Shown: piece by piece, positions 8,722 through 17,488 of the stretch
Layout: each line of letters starts with the position of its first letter
How positions within the stretch are numbered: position 1 is the first letter of the stretch
DNA from: Candidatus Lokiarchaeum ossiferum
GTDB lineage: Archaea; Asgardarchaeota; Lokiarchaeia; Sigyniarchaeales; Promethearchaeaceae
Length of the DNA stretch: 32,000 nucleotides
Direction: 5' to 3'
Assembly: GCA_025839675.1 (NCBI GenBank)
Contig: CP104013.1
Location: 4,110,001-4,142,000, forward strand
Translations under genes and position numbers: made by a program
Notes under the pieces: generated by a model
Seen by the model: the letters and a program-made list of their open reading frames with translations, nothing else
Database searches by the model: none
What the model was told of the DNA's origin: nothing

Positions 8722-9105
8722 TTATTGAATACCGGGCCATTCAAAATGAAAAGTGAAATGCAATGCACTGGTACGATAATACTTAAGCAAAATTCGTTTT
8801 TTATTGATTTGAGTTCTAGCCACCACAACTACCCCATACTTCTGTAGCTCGGAAATATGTCGTTTAACCGTACCCGGATTCATTCCGGTAGCAGTGCTTA
8901 ATTCCATGATAGTTTTTTCTTGGGTTAACAAAATTTCAAGTAAAATTTGCTTTTTTTCATGGGTAAAACTGGGAATGACATTTGGGTCTGTGATAATCAT
9001 GTCTTCTGCAGGAATAAAGGTCCCTTCATTTGCATCTGAACTGCGAATATCCTCTGGAGAATTAAAATTTGGTGAATTGCGTCGTTTTGTATTTCCATCT
9101 TCCAT
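8722..9105 (-). CDS. ArsR-type wHTH transcriptional regulator, paralog A
   Basis: 127 aa. IITDPNVIPSFTHEKKQILLEILLTQEKTIMELSTATGMNPGTVKRHISELQKYGVVVVARTQINKKRILLKYYRTSALHFTFHFEWP shows the HTH_20/ArsR pattern. It is clearly paralogous to 10990..11424, preceded by a disordered N-terminal tail. Confidence 0.75.
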   Translation of the reverse strand: MEDGNTKRRNSPNFNSPEDIRSSDANEGTFIPAEDMIITDPNVIPSFTHEKKQILLEILLTQEKTIMELSTATGMNPGTVKRHISELQKYGVVVVARTQINKKRILLKYYRTSALHFTFHFEWPGIQ

Positions 9106-9273
9106 TGTAATTACCCAAATCGATCCAGTCGATATTTAATATAGAAAGAAGCTGGTTAATATTTATAAATTCTGATTGAGAAATCATAATTTGTTCAAAA
9201 AAAGATGAATAAAGCGAGTTTTTTATAAAACCCTTACGAAATTTTTTATTCATTGTGTAAAATAGACTATAGT

Positions 9274-10074
9274 ATGGAAGCTGGGGAACAAAATGGGGCG
9301 ATATCTGTTGATGTAAAATCAGATTATAAGCTCAGCTTCTCTTTATTCAGGGAGAATTTTCGTCCCTTCTTCATTGTTCTATTAATTGGGTTTATTGTTT
9401 TCAAAGGAATAGATCATTTATTGACTCGTTTTGTGCTTCCGCTAATCTTAAGTAATTGGTTCTTTGTTGATCCCGCTACAATCATATTTTTCTTCTTTTT
9501 ACCTGGAGATAGTATCTTTTTTGGATTTTTTGGGGCTGCCATGGGTTTAGGGTACGATATAATGTCTTCAGGTGATGGTTTCACCGAAGTTCGGAATTCC
9601 CTGTTCTATATCCGAAAATACTGGCTGAAATTTTTCTTCTTTTGCTTCTTTTTTAACATTTTTACCTATTGGTTACTATATTTGAGTTTTTTTACTATTC
9701 CTTTCCATACCAGTATTATTTTCCATGGCCTAAGCTTGATTTGGGTGATTCTCTTTTCCAACATTTTCCCTGCCCTGGTTCATCGGGATCAATTTCTCCC
9801 CGCTTTCAAGGATAATTTTCAAATTCTTTCTCAACAATTTGGCCGAGTGATTATCACATATCTGCCATATTATTTGATTTTTGTTTACTTTCGCTCCGGA
9901 ATAAACATATATCGTAATTTCTTTGTACTCGATACCACTGATCTTTATGCATTTCTCAGTATTACAACTAGCATCTTAGAAATCCTATATGTTTTTGTGG
10001 GATTTCCTATTTTCGCTTTTCTTTCTTTAAGTATGTACAATGAAATAATTACCAACCAACAAATGGAGAAATAA
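9274..10074 (+). CDS. 6-TM membrane protein, paralog 2 of the 'YDIMSSGDGF' family
   Basis: The ORF track starts at TTG 9253. ATG 9274 is preferred because it places 'YKLSF' at the same distance from the start as in paralog 3. An A/T box (TTTTTATT, about 9244-9251) also lies about 23 nt upstream. Conserved block FGFFGAAMGLGYDIMSSGDGFTEVRNSLFYIRKYWL at nt 9520-9627. Confidence 0.75.
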   Translation: MEAGEQNGAISVDVKSDYKLSFSLFRENFRPFFIVLLIGFIVFKGIDHLLTRFVLPLILSNWFFVDPATIIFFFFLPGDSIFFGFFGAAMGLGYDIMSSGDGFTEVRNSLFYIRKYWLKFFFFCFFFNIFTYWLLYLSFFTIPFHTSIIFHGLSLIWVILFSNIFPALVHRDQFLPAFKDNFQILSQQFGRVIITYLPYYLIFVYFRSGINIYRNFFVLDTTDLYAFLSITTSILEILYVFVGFPIFAFLSLSMYNEIITNQQMEK

Positions 10075-10190
10075 TGCTCTCGATTTTATTTCAATAGAAA
10101 TAGAACTTTATGGGAAAGAATTCTTTTGAAGTTAGGTTTTTTGATCAAATTTCGAAATTTTTTAACAAGTGACAACCTAACTAATACTTA

Positions 10191-10985
10191 ATGGTCGATA
10201 TCGATTCCGAAATCTCTCCCTCCTATGATATTGAGAAAGAATATAAGTTGAGTTTTGACTTATTCAAAGACAACTTTAAACCTTTTTTTATAGTCTTGCT
10301 AATAGGATTTGTAATTTATATGGCTTTGGATCATTATTTGACCAAAATTATTCTACCCAATATCAATTGGATGGACCTCAAAATTTCCCGTCAATTGATG
10401 CTATTTATCATATATTTACCGGGGGACAGCATATTCTTCGGATTTTTCGGAGCAGCTATGGGATTGGGCTATGATATAATGTCTTCGGGTGATGGATTTA
10501 CGGAAGTTCGGAATTCACTTTATTATATACGGAAGTATTGGTTCAAATTCTTTGTCTTTTGTTTCATTTTTAATATTTTTTCATATTGGCTATTATATCT
10601 TGCAGTAGATCACATTCCTCTCAATATATATGTATCATTCAAAATTCTTAATTTTTTCTGGATAATTCTATTTTCAAATGTATTTCCCGCCTTGGTTCAC
10701 AGAAAAAAACTATTAATTGCCGTGAAAGAGAATTTTGAGATACTTTCCCATAGTTTTGGACGCGTAATCTTGACTTATTTACCATACTACCTTATTTTTA
10801 CACAAATCCGTACTGGAGTTTTAATTTATCAGCATTATGTTATCTTTGATATGGAAGATCTTACGACGAACATAATAAAATTTTGCCTGACTGTATTTTA
10901 TGTCTTTATTGGATTTCCCATTTTCGCTTTTCTATCTTTAAGTATGTATAATGAAGAAATTCGGAGTCAAGAATTAGATAAATAA
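10191..10985 (+). CDS. 6-TM membrane protein, paralog 3 of the 'YDIMSSGDGF' family
   Basis: 264 aa, very similar to paralog 2 along its whole length (e.g. FKPFFIVLLIGF, LPGDSIFFGFFGAAMGLGYDIMSSGDGFTEVRNSLYYIRKYWF, FPALVHR, GFPIFAFLSLSMYNE). Conserved block at nt 10437-10544. Confidence 0.8.
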   Translation: MVDIDSEISPSYDIEKEYKLSFDLFKDNFKPFFIVLLIGFVIYMALDHYLTKIILPNINWMDLKISRQLMLFIIYLPGDSIFFGFFGAAMGLGYDIMSSGDGFTEVRNSLYYIRKYWFKFFVFCFIFNIFSYWLLYLAVDHIPLNIYVSFKILNFFWIILFSNVFPALVHRKKLLIAVKENFEILSHSFGRVILTYLPYYLIFTQIRTGVLIYQHYVIFDMEDLTTNIIKFCLTVFYVFIGFPIFAFLSLSMYNEEIRSQELDK

Positions 10986-10989
10986 TGTG

Positions 10990-11424
10990 TTAGGGCCATT
11001 CAAAATGAAAAACAAAGTGAAATGCTGTTGTTCGATAATATTTTAGTAAAATTTTTTTTTGATTAAACTCTTCTCGGGCAACAACAACTAGAGTTCCCTC
11101 GACAAGGTCTGTAAGATGACGCTTTACCGTTCCGGGATTCCAGCCGGTGGCCGTACTAAGTTCCATAATTGTTTTTTCTGAATGTAGCAGCAAGTCTAAT
11201 ATTACTTTTTTCTTCTCATGGTTGATTAATGGAATAATATTAGGATCGGTGATGAGAAGTGTGTCTTCTGGCTCGTATTTACTCTTTTGAGGAAGAGAAT
11301 CGCTCTTCGAATCGTTTATTGATATTTTTCTTCTTCCTCCTATTTTCTTTTTTATTTCCCTATATTGGTAAGTAAAAGATATAAAAAAACCTTTATTGTC
11401 AAATTTAGTTCCGTTTTTATCCAT
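10990..11424 (-). CDS. ArsR-type wHTH transcriptional regulator, paralog B
   Basis: LITDPNIIPLINHEKKKVILDLLLHSEKTIMELSTATGWNPGTVKRHLTDLVEGTLVVVAREEFNQKKILLKYYRTTAFHFVFHFEWP. The ORF is open to a TTG at 11478. ATG at 11424 is preferred because 'MDKNGTK' parallels 'MEDGNTK' of paralog A. The stop lies 4 nt from the stop of 10191..10985 (convergent). Confidence 0.7.
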   Translation of the reverse strand: MDKNGTKFDNKGFFISFTYQYREIKKKIGGRRKISINDSKSDSLPQKSKYEPEDTLLITDPNIIPLINHEKKKVILDLLLHSEKTIMELSTATGWNPGTVKRHLTDLVEGTLVVVAREEFNQKKILLKYYRTTAFHFVFHFEWP

Positions 11425-11598
11425 AAAAAAATTTTTGCTAATCCGTTCATATTTTGTGAAATTTAGCTTGTTTTTCAATAATTTTATCGAATAGATTTTA
11501 TGTAATGAATTTTCGTTTTTGGATGAGAATTGGTTAAGTACATTTTTTAATTTAGCCAGCTAAGTGACAACTAATTTACAAAAAATATCGCGATTTTT

Positions 11599-12927
11599 AT
11601 GGAAAATACAGATAGTGATTCTAATTTACAATTAGATAATAAAAAAAGAATTTTGGCTTGGTCTTTATACGATTGGGCTAATTCCGCATTTGCCACCACC
11701 ATAATGGCTGGATTTTTTCCAGTCTTTTTAGGGGCATATTGGGCACCGGAATCCATTGTTGATACAGCACAAAAAACGTTTCTTTTAGGGGCATTCAATT
11801 CTGGTGCTTCTTTAATTGTGATGATTCTTGCTCCAATATTAGGAGCAATCGCAGATCATATGGCTGGAAAGAAGAAATTTTTGGCCGCTTTTTGTCTTAT
11901 GGGCGTAATAATGTCTGCTTCTTTAGGTTTCCTTGCTTCTGGTCAATATTGGTTTGCGTTGGTACTTTATGCATTAGGAACAATAGGTTTTTCAGGGGCT
12001 AATATATTTTATGATTCGTTATTACCCGCTGTTGCTTCAGAGAAAAAAGTTGATTATGTCTCCAGTTTAGGGTTCAGTTTAGGATACATAGGTGGCGGAT
12101 TATTGTTTACTCTTAACGTAGCTATGTACCTTTTGCATGATTCCATTGGCTTAACAGAAGATCAAGCCATAAAATTATCATTTATCTCCGTAGGTGTCTG
12201 GTGGTTAGTATTTTCAATTCCACTCTTTAGAAAAGTCCCAGAACCATATGTGAAAGAAAAAATTTCTGCCTCTCAAGCAATCAAAGGTGGATTTACTCAA
12301 CTTAAAACAACATTTCAAGATATTTCTCGGTTGAAATATGTTGCCATGTTTCTCCTTGCGTTTTGGCTCTATATTGATGGTGTGGATACAATTATCCGAA
12401 TGGCTTTAGATTTTGGTGATAGCTTAGATACAGTAGATCTTGGACCCACAGAATTAATTGTTATCTTACTTATGGTTCAATTCATCGCTTTTCCGGCGAC
12501 TTTATTGTACAATACCTTTGCCCAAAAGATTGGAATTAAAAAGGGTTTGCTGGTCGCCATCGGCGGTTATGGTCTGATTACTATTCTGGGATATTTTATC
12601 AGTGAAAATTGGCATTTTTATGTGCTAGGTGGGATGATTGGGCTATTTCAAGGTGGTATTCAAGCACTTAGTAGAAGTATGTATTCAAGGTTAATTCCTA
12701 AGAAGAAGGCTGCGGAATTTTATGGATTTTTCAATATGTGGGGTAAATTTGCTGCGGTTATTGGTCCTTTCATGATGGGTGGGATTACTAAACTTACTGG
12801 AAATCCCCGGTTTGGGTTACTTTCCTTACTCGCATTGTTTGTCTTAGGTGGTTTAATTCTATTTTTCGTCGATTTGGAAAAAGGCGAAGAACTTGCCCAA
12901 AAATTTGATGAGGAAGTAGAAATATAA
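11599..12927 (+). CDS. MFS transporter, UMF1/Atg22-like family
   Basis: 442 aa with about 12 TM. The N-terminal signature 'LAWSLYDWANSAFATTIMAGFFPVF' is the W-x-x-YD-x-ANS-x-F motif typical of Atg22/UMF1 MFS proteins. Confidence 0.85.
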   Translation: MENTDSDSNLQLDNKKRILAWSLYDWANSAFATTIMAGFFPVFLGAYWAPESIVDTAQKTFLLGAFNSGASLIVMILAPILGAIADHMAGKKKFLAAFCLMGVIMSASLGFLASGQYWFALVLYALGTIGFSGANIFYDSLLPAVASEKKVDYVSSLGFSLGYIGGGLLFTLNVAMYLLHDSIGLTEDQAIKLSFISVGVWWLVFSIPLFRKVPEPYVKEKISASQAIKGGFTQLKTTFQDISRLKYVAMFLLAFWLYIDGVDTIIRMALDFGDSLDTVDLGPTELIVILLMVQFIAFPATLLYNTFAQKIGIKKGLLVAIGGYGLITILGYFISENWHFYVLGGMIGLFQGGIQALSRSMYSRLIPKKKAAEFYGFFNMWGKFAAVIGPFMMGGITKLTGNPRFGLLSLLALFVLGGLILFFVDLEKGEELAQKFDEEVEI

Positions 12928-12978
12928 GCTGAAAATATATCACCAAAAAATGAACTTAACAGGTGAAGCACCATTGGA

Positions 12979-13674
12979 ATGCAAAGAATTAAAATAGCAT
13001 ATCCATTTTTTTTACTAATGATTTTCATAACCGAACCCGACTCTCCTTCAGAGACCATTTTCAGCGGAGATAATATCATTTATACCTTTATTATTATTAT
13101 TACCTTTGGGCTAGTTTGGTATACCTTCAAAAAATATCGAGAGCAAATTTCTCGTAAAACACAATGGATTTTGAGTATCATTTTCTTGTTTACTGGAATT
13201 GTTTCATTCATTTTTACCATTTCATTGGATAGTATTCTTTTTTCTCTCGGGGCTATATTGATGTGTGCACTTGGTATGTATATGGCACCTTTAAAAATTT
13301 ACAAAAAACTTCTCGATGTTGATGAAGAAGAAGAAGTTGTAATCACTCCAAAAAAGAAGAAGATCATAGCCATTAATGAAGAATACGAAGAAACACTCTA
13401 TCAACAAATGGATCGTGAAGGTCATGCCTTATACAAGACAAAAAAGTATCAATATGCGATTGATTGCTTTGTAAAAATGTTACAGCTGGATCCAGAAAGT
13501 GTGGAAGCTTGGTATATGCTCGGGAAGATCAATCTTGATCGTAATCGTATAAAGGAAGCCAGAAAGTGTTTTATAGAAGCTTATAAACTCAACAAAGAAG
13601 AAGAAAAAGTGGTAACTGCTCTTCGTGAAGTTAATGCTCTCGTTAAGCCTCCTCAAGAAAAACCAAAAGAATAA
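12979..13674 (+). CDS. membrane protein with a C-terminal TPR domain
   Basis: Three to four N-terminal TM helices, an acidic linker (DVDEEEEVV), then TPR-like repeats (EGHALYKTKKYQYAIDCFVKMLQLDPESVEAWYMLGKINLDRNRIKEARKCFIEAYKLN). Confidence 0.7.
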   Translation: MQRIKIAYPFFLLMIFITEPDSPSETIFSGDNIIYTFIIIITFGLVWYTFKKYREQISRKTQWILSIIFLFTGIVSFIFTISLDSILFSLGAILMCALGMYMAPLKIYKKLLDVDEEEEVVITPKKKKIIAINEEYEETLYQQMDREGHALYKTKKYQYAIDCFVKMLQLDPESVEAWYMLGKINLDRNRIKEARKCFIEAYKLNKEEEKVVTALREVNALVKPPQEKPKE

Positions 13675-13675
13675 G

Positions 13676-13684
13676 TTTTTTTTT
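13676..13684 (+). terminator. T9 tract between 12979..13674 and 13705..14499
   Basis: T9 sits immediately after the stop codon (13672-13674) and only about 20 nt before the next ATG. It may be a leaky terminator or simply part of the next promoter. Confidence 0.3.
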
Positions 13685-13704
13685 CATCTTCCCTTTATAA
13701 ACAT

Positions 13705-14499
13705 ATGACGGATGAAGCTGTTCTTAAAAAATCGAAGAATAGAGGTCCGTTGCAAGAAAAATTTATTGTTCTTTCTAAATTTCTCCGACGCAGTCGGATG
13801 TTAAAAGTGGTTATTCTTGTAGTTCTTTTAAATTTAATCCTAGCGGCAATTTATGCTAATATCGAAGGCATCGATTATCATCTTGCCTTATATTGGGCAA
13901 CAGATACTCTTACTAATACTGGCTCCGGTTTAGTTCCCCCCACACTGAAAGTTTCGTGGATCGGAACCACGATTTTCATGTGGTTGGGGTTGGGAATTAC
14001 TTTAGTCTTTGTCGAATTTGTCTATGTTAAAATGGTGAAAAATATGCGAGGTAATAAAGTGATAAAGTTCAAAGATCATACTATTCTTATTGGATGGAAT
14101 CCCAAAATCCGTCATTTTCTGAAAAATCTCCAAGGCACTTTGGGAGTAGATCATAATTATGTATTGGTGGCTGATATTGCCGATCGTCCTTTTGATCTTC
14201 CTCAAGTGGTAGAATTTCTTCGAGGAAATCCTGATGAAGAGCGGATTTTATTACGAGCTGGTATGAAAGATGCTCAACAAGCGATTGTGGCAACGGAGGA
14301 TGATGCTGATGCAGTTTTAATTGCGATGACGATCCAAAGCATCAATATCAATGTCAGGATCTGTGTGAATCTCTTAAGTGAAGAAAACATCAAACACTTA
14401 AAACGCATTGGGATCGAACAAATTGTGTGTGATGAAAATTTGACTGGCAACGCGCTTGTCGATGCCTTCTATAAAAATCAAGAAGATTATTTCCTATAG
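13705..14499 (+). CDS. 2-TM K+-channel-like protein with an RCK/TrkA-N domain (MthK-like) and an atypical selectivity filter
   Basis: TM1 VVILVVLLNLILAAIYANI. Pore helix plus filter ALYWATDTLTNTGSGLVPP. TM2 WIGTTIFMWLGLGITLVFVEFVYV. The Rossmann-type RCK N-lobe HTILIGWNPKIRHFLKNLQG...VLVADI...AVLIAMTIQSININVRICVNLLSEENIKHLKRIGIEQIV aligns by eye with MthK. Confidence 0.8.
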   Translation: MTDEAVLKKSKNRGPLQEKFIVLSKFLRRSRMLKVVILVVLLNLILAAIYANIEGIDYHLALYWATDTLTNTGSGLVPPTLKVSWIGTTIFMWLGLGITLVFVEFVYVKMVKNMRGNKVIKFKDHTILIGWNPKIRHFLKNLQGTLGVDHNYVLVADIADRPFDLPQVVEFLRGNPDEERILLRAGMKDAQQAIVATEDDADAVLIAMTIQSININVRICVNLLSEENIKHLKRIGIEQIVCDENLTGNALVDAFYKNQEDYFL

Positions 14500-14539
14500 T
14501 CTTTTTACTCCAAAGATAAAAAAAAGTGAATATTAATGC

Positions 14540-15988
14540 CTATTTTTTCAGTTCAAAAGTGTAATCTGATCCTTTATCATTGACCACAACACCTGTTTCA
14601 GTAATGATATCGCGAATCTTATCCGCTAAAGCCCAGTTTTTATTCTTCTTTGCTTCTTTGCGATAATCTAAAAATTTTACTATTAGGTCTTCATATCGCT
14701 GTTTCCATTCGGATGTATCGTCTTGAACTATTTCTATTGGATTTGTGATGAATTGGAAGAAAGAATCTATACCTTCCAAGAAGGTGATAATTTGGGCTTG
14801 TACGTTTTTATCCAAGGCTTGATCTTGATTGAAGATCTGTTTTTGGAAATAGTTGATCATGGCAAAGAGAAATCCAATGGCTTTCGCAGCATTAAAATCA
14901 TTATCCATGGCTTCATGAAAATCTTCTATAAATTTCTGCGCCTGTACCATCTGTTCATTCCCGAGTGGCGTGGCATCTTCAGAAATTTGCTTTGAATAAT
15001 TTTTCATTGTAGAGTAAAACTTTTGAATTTTCTCCAAATTCTTTTGGGCTTGTTCCAATTTATCCATACTGAAGTTTATGGGGCTCTTATAATATGCTGT
15101 GGCAAAATAATAGCGGAGAAACGTTCCCGAAAATTTTTCCATCATATCCATTAACGGAATGAAATTTCCTAAGGATTTCGACATTTTTTCATTATCAACA
15201 TTGAGAAATCCATTATGGATCCAATAATTAACAAATTTTTCCCCGGTCGCACTTTCGGCTTGGGCGATCTCATTTTGATGATGAGGACGGAGGAGATCCT
15301 TTCCACCTCCATGAATGTCCACAGTATTACCTAAATACTTTGTTGCCATTACAGAACATTCAATATGCCACCCAGGTCTTCCTTTACTCCAAGGGGAATC
15401 CCAAGATGGTTCGCCTGGTTTTTCTTTTTTCCATAAAACGAAATCTTCAATATTGCGTTTTGCATCCGCAAAATCTGACTGGGTAAATTGTTCTTCTTCT
15501 TCTCCGGCTTTATTCTTCTTTCTAAAAATATATTTGTAATCCTCATATTTACTAGTATCAAAATAGACACTTCCATCTGAAACATAGGCAAAACCTTTCT
15601 CTTCCAATGTTTGAATCATTTTTATTATATCTGGGATCTCTTCTGTCGCACGAGGTTTCACAGAAGGAGGTTTAATAAACAATTTCTGTTGCATCTGTTC
15701 ATATTCATCTATGTATTGCTGTGAGATGGCGTAAATGTCTGTCCCTCGCTCATTCGCTCTGCGGATCATTTTATCATCAACATCGGTATAATTCATAACA
15801 TAATTGACTTCATACCCGCGATATTCAAGATATCGTCGGATAATATCAAACGAAATCGCCGAATAAGCATGGCCTAAATGGGGAGAATCATATACTGTCA
15901 CCCCACACACATACATGCCGACCTTATTTTTAATCAATGGTTTGAATTCTTCCACTTCATTATGAAGATCGTTGAAAATTTTAATCAT
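14540..15988 (-). CDS. cysS: cysteine--tRNA ligase (cysteinyl-tRNA synthetase)
   Basis: 482 aa. Class I signatures are present: 'MYVCGVTVYDSPHLGHAYS' (HIGH-type HLGH) and 'NEKMSKSLGNF' (KMSKS). 'GWHIECS' and 'HGGGKDLLRPHHQNEIAQ' are typical CysRS zinc/cysteine-site motifs. An A8 run at 14518-14525 (T8 on the minus strand) follows the stop. Confidence 0.95.
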   Translation of the reverse strand: MIKIFNDLHNEVEEFKPLIKNKVGMYVCGVTVYDSPHLGHAYSAISFDIIRRYLEYRGYEVNYVMNYTDVDDKMIRRANERGTDIYAISQQYIDEYEQMQQKLFIKPPSVKPRATEEIPDIIKMIQTLEEKGFAYVSDGSVYFDTSKYEDYKYIFRKKNKAGEEEEQFTQSDFADAKRNIEDFVLWKKEKPGEPSWDSPWSKGRPGWHIECSVMATKYLGNTVDIHGGGKDLLRPHHQNEIAQAESATGEKFVNYWIHNGFLNVDNEKMSKSLGNFIPLMDMMEKFSGTFLRYYFATAYYKSPINFSMDKLEQAQKNLEKIQKFYSTMKNYSKQISEDATPLGNEQMVQAQKFIEDFHEAMDNDFNAAKAIGFLFAMINYFQKQIFNQDQALDKNVQAQIITFLEGIDSFFQFITNPIEIVQDDTSEWKQRYEDLIVKFLDYRKEAKKNKNWALADKIRDIITETGVVVNDKGSDYTFELKK

Positions 15989-16264
15989 ACTACTATAAGT
16001 GTACTAACCTTATTTTAGTTTTCGAGTCATTTTGGATGTGGGTTTCATTTTAATGAGAAATTCATAGGCAGATTTCAATGAGTTCATTTTCCCAAATATT
16101 CGTTAGAAATATTTAATATCTTTTGAAATTGAATTAGAAGTGTCGATTGATTGAATTAATGGAAAATAAGAATTTAGAGTAAAAATCAGTTTAATATTTT
16201 TCAGTTGTATATTCATTAATAATAAATTGAAGAAAATGAAAAAAATGAAGCGTAATAATTTCTA

Positions 16265-16645
16265 TTAAAAACCAAAAATTGCCATGAATTCTGAAATACC
16301 TAGTGTTGCAAAAACAAATATCAAAACAATGATTATCATCACGATTATTGGTAATAAACCTGCTAAAATTAGTGCTAATAGTCCTTTTCCATAAGTTACT
16401 TTATGACGAGTACTGATAATGTACGCTGAGAGAAAGCATCCGCACGGAATCAATCCGCAAACGAAACTTAATAGAGTAGTAACAAATACGGATCCAAATT
16501 CATTTTCTTTTCCATCCACCCTCGCTATACCCCATTTCATACATAAAACATTTAAAATGAAGGATACAACGAACATTCCTATGACGATACCGATTCCGAA
16601 CACGCCAATAAGATTGTTTAACATATCTGTATATTGTCCAGCCAT
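16265..16645 (-). CDS. small 4-TM membrane protein, unknown function
   Basis: 126-aa ATG-initiated ORF with four hydrophobic helices. No family recognised. Confidence 0.5.
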   Translation of the reverse strand: MAGQYTDMLNNLIGVFGIGIVIGMFVVSFILNVLCMKWGIARVDGKENEFGSVFVTTLLSFVCGLIPCGCFLSAYIISTRHKVTYGKGLLALILAGLLPIIVMIIIVLIFVFATLGISEFMAIFGF

Positions 16646-16813
16646 TCATAACACCAAATATCACTAGAAATTGAGCAAAGTTGATCAATTTTTATTGAAT
16701 GCTCTTATTTCGCTTTATCTAAATAAAAAAGTTTTGACTCTTTTTGTTGGATGATTTATACAGCCAATCCAACCTTTTTTATAGGAATCCCACACTAAAA
16801 TATTTAAATTCTG

Positions 16814-17377
16814 GTGAAAAATCTGATAGCAAAAATTCGCCTTCATTTACGTGCTTTGCGTCCAATTCTTTTATCGCATCATCCACTTTGCGAGACCTTT
16901 TCAAATGATATGCATACTTTTAAAATTGGTCACAGAAAATTATGTATTGGATGTTTTATCACCTATCCTACCGCATTGGTGTTCTATTTAATAGGTTCAT
17001 TATCTGGATTATTCAATATTTTCACTACTCCACAATTGTGGTATTTTGGCTTTGGTTTATGTGGTATATACCTTTTTAGTATCCTTGGGCTAACAAAAAC
17101 TAAGAAAATTAAAATGATTACAAAATTTTTGATTGGATGTGGAATCGCTTTTTGTGTGGCAGCAATTTGGTCTCTTTCTCATCCAATCAGACTAAGATTG
17201 ATTGTGATTGGAATTTATTTTCTAATTGGTCATGCATTTATCAATACAATGCGTTTACTCGATATATATAGAACATGTCATAAATGCGAATATGATTGTG
17301 ATTGGCAGCGCTGTCCGGGAATGTCTTCAATTCTATCTCCTGATACTATTCCAAAAATTGAATCTGATACCCCATAG
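16814..17377 (+). CDS. Cys-rich polytopic membrane protein (DUF2085-like pattern)
   Basis: 187 aa from GTG 16814; the first ATG is at aa 33. 'SHHPLCETF...GHRKLCIGCFITY' resembles the CH-x-P-x-R-SF...C-x-R-C-x-G lead-in of DUF2085 membrane proteins (recalled, not searched). The C-terminal cluster is CHKCEYDCDWQRCPG. Confidence 0.5.
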   Translation: MKNLIAKIRLHLRALRPILLSHHPLCETFSNDMHTFKIGHRKLCIGCFITYPTALVFYLIGSLSGLFNIFTTPQLWYFGFGLCGIYLFSILGLTKTKKIKMITKFLIGCGIAFCVAAIWSLSHPIRLRLIVIGIYFLIGHAFINTMRLLDIYRTCHKCEYDCDWQRCPGMSSILSPDTIPKIESDTP

Positions 17378-17488
17378 ATTTATTTTTGTTAACAGAAAAA
17401 ATTAATCGATTTTCCTTCAAACTGGCCATAAACACTTAAATATTGTGTTGAAAATAGTACTAATGTATATAAAAGGAGATACCAAAAC

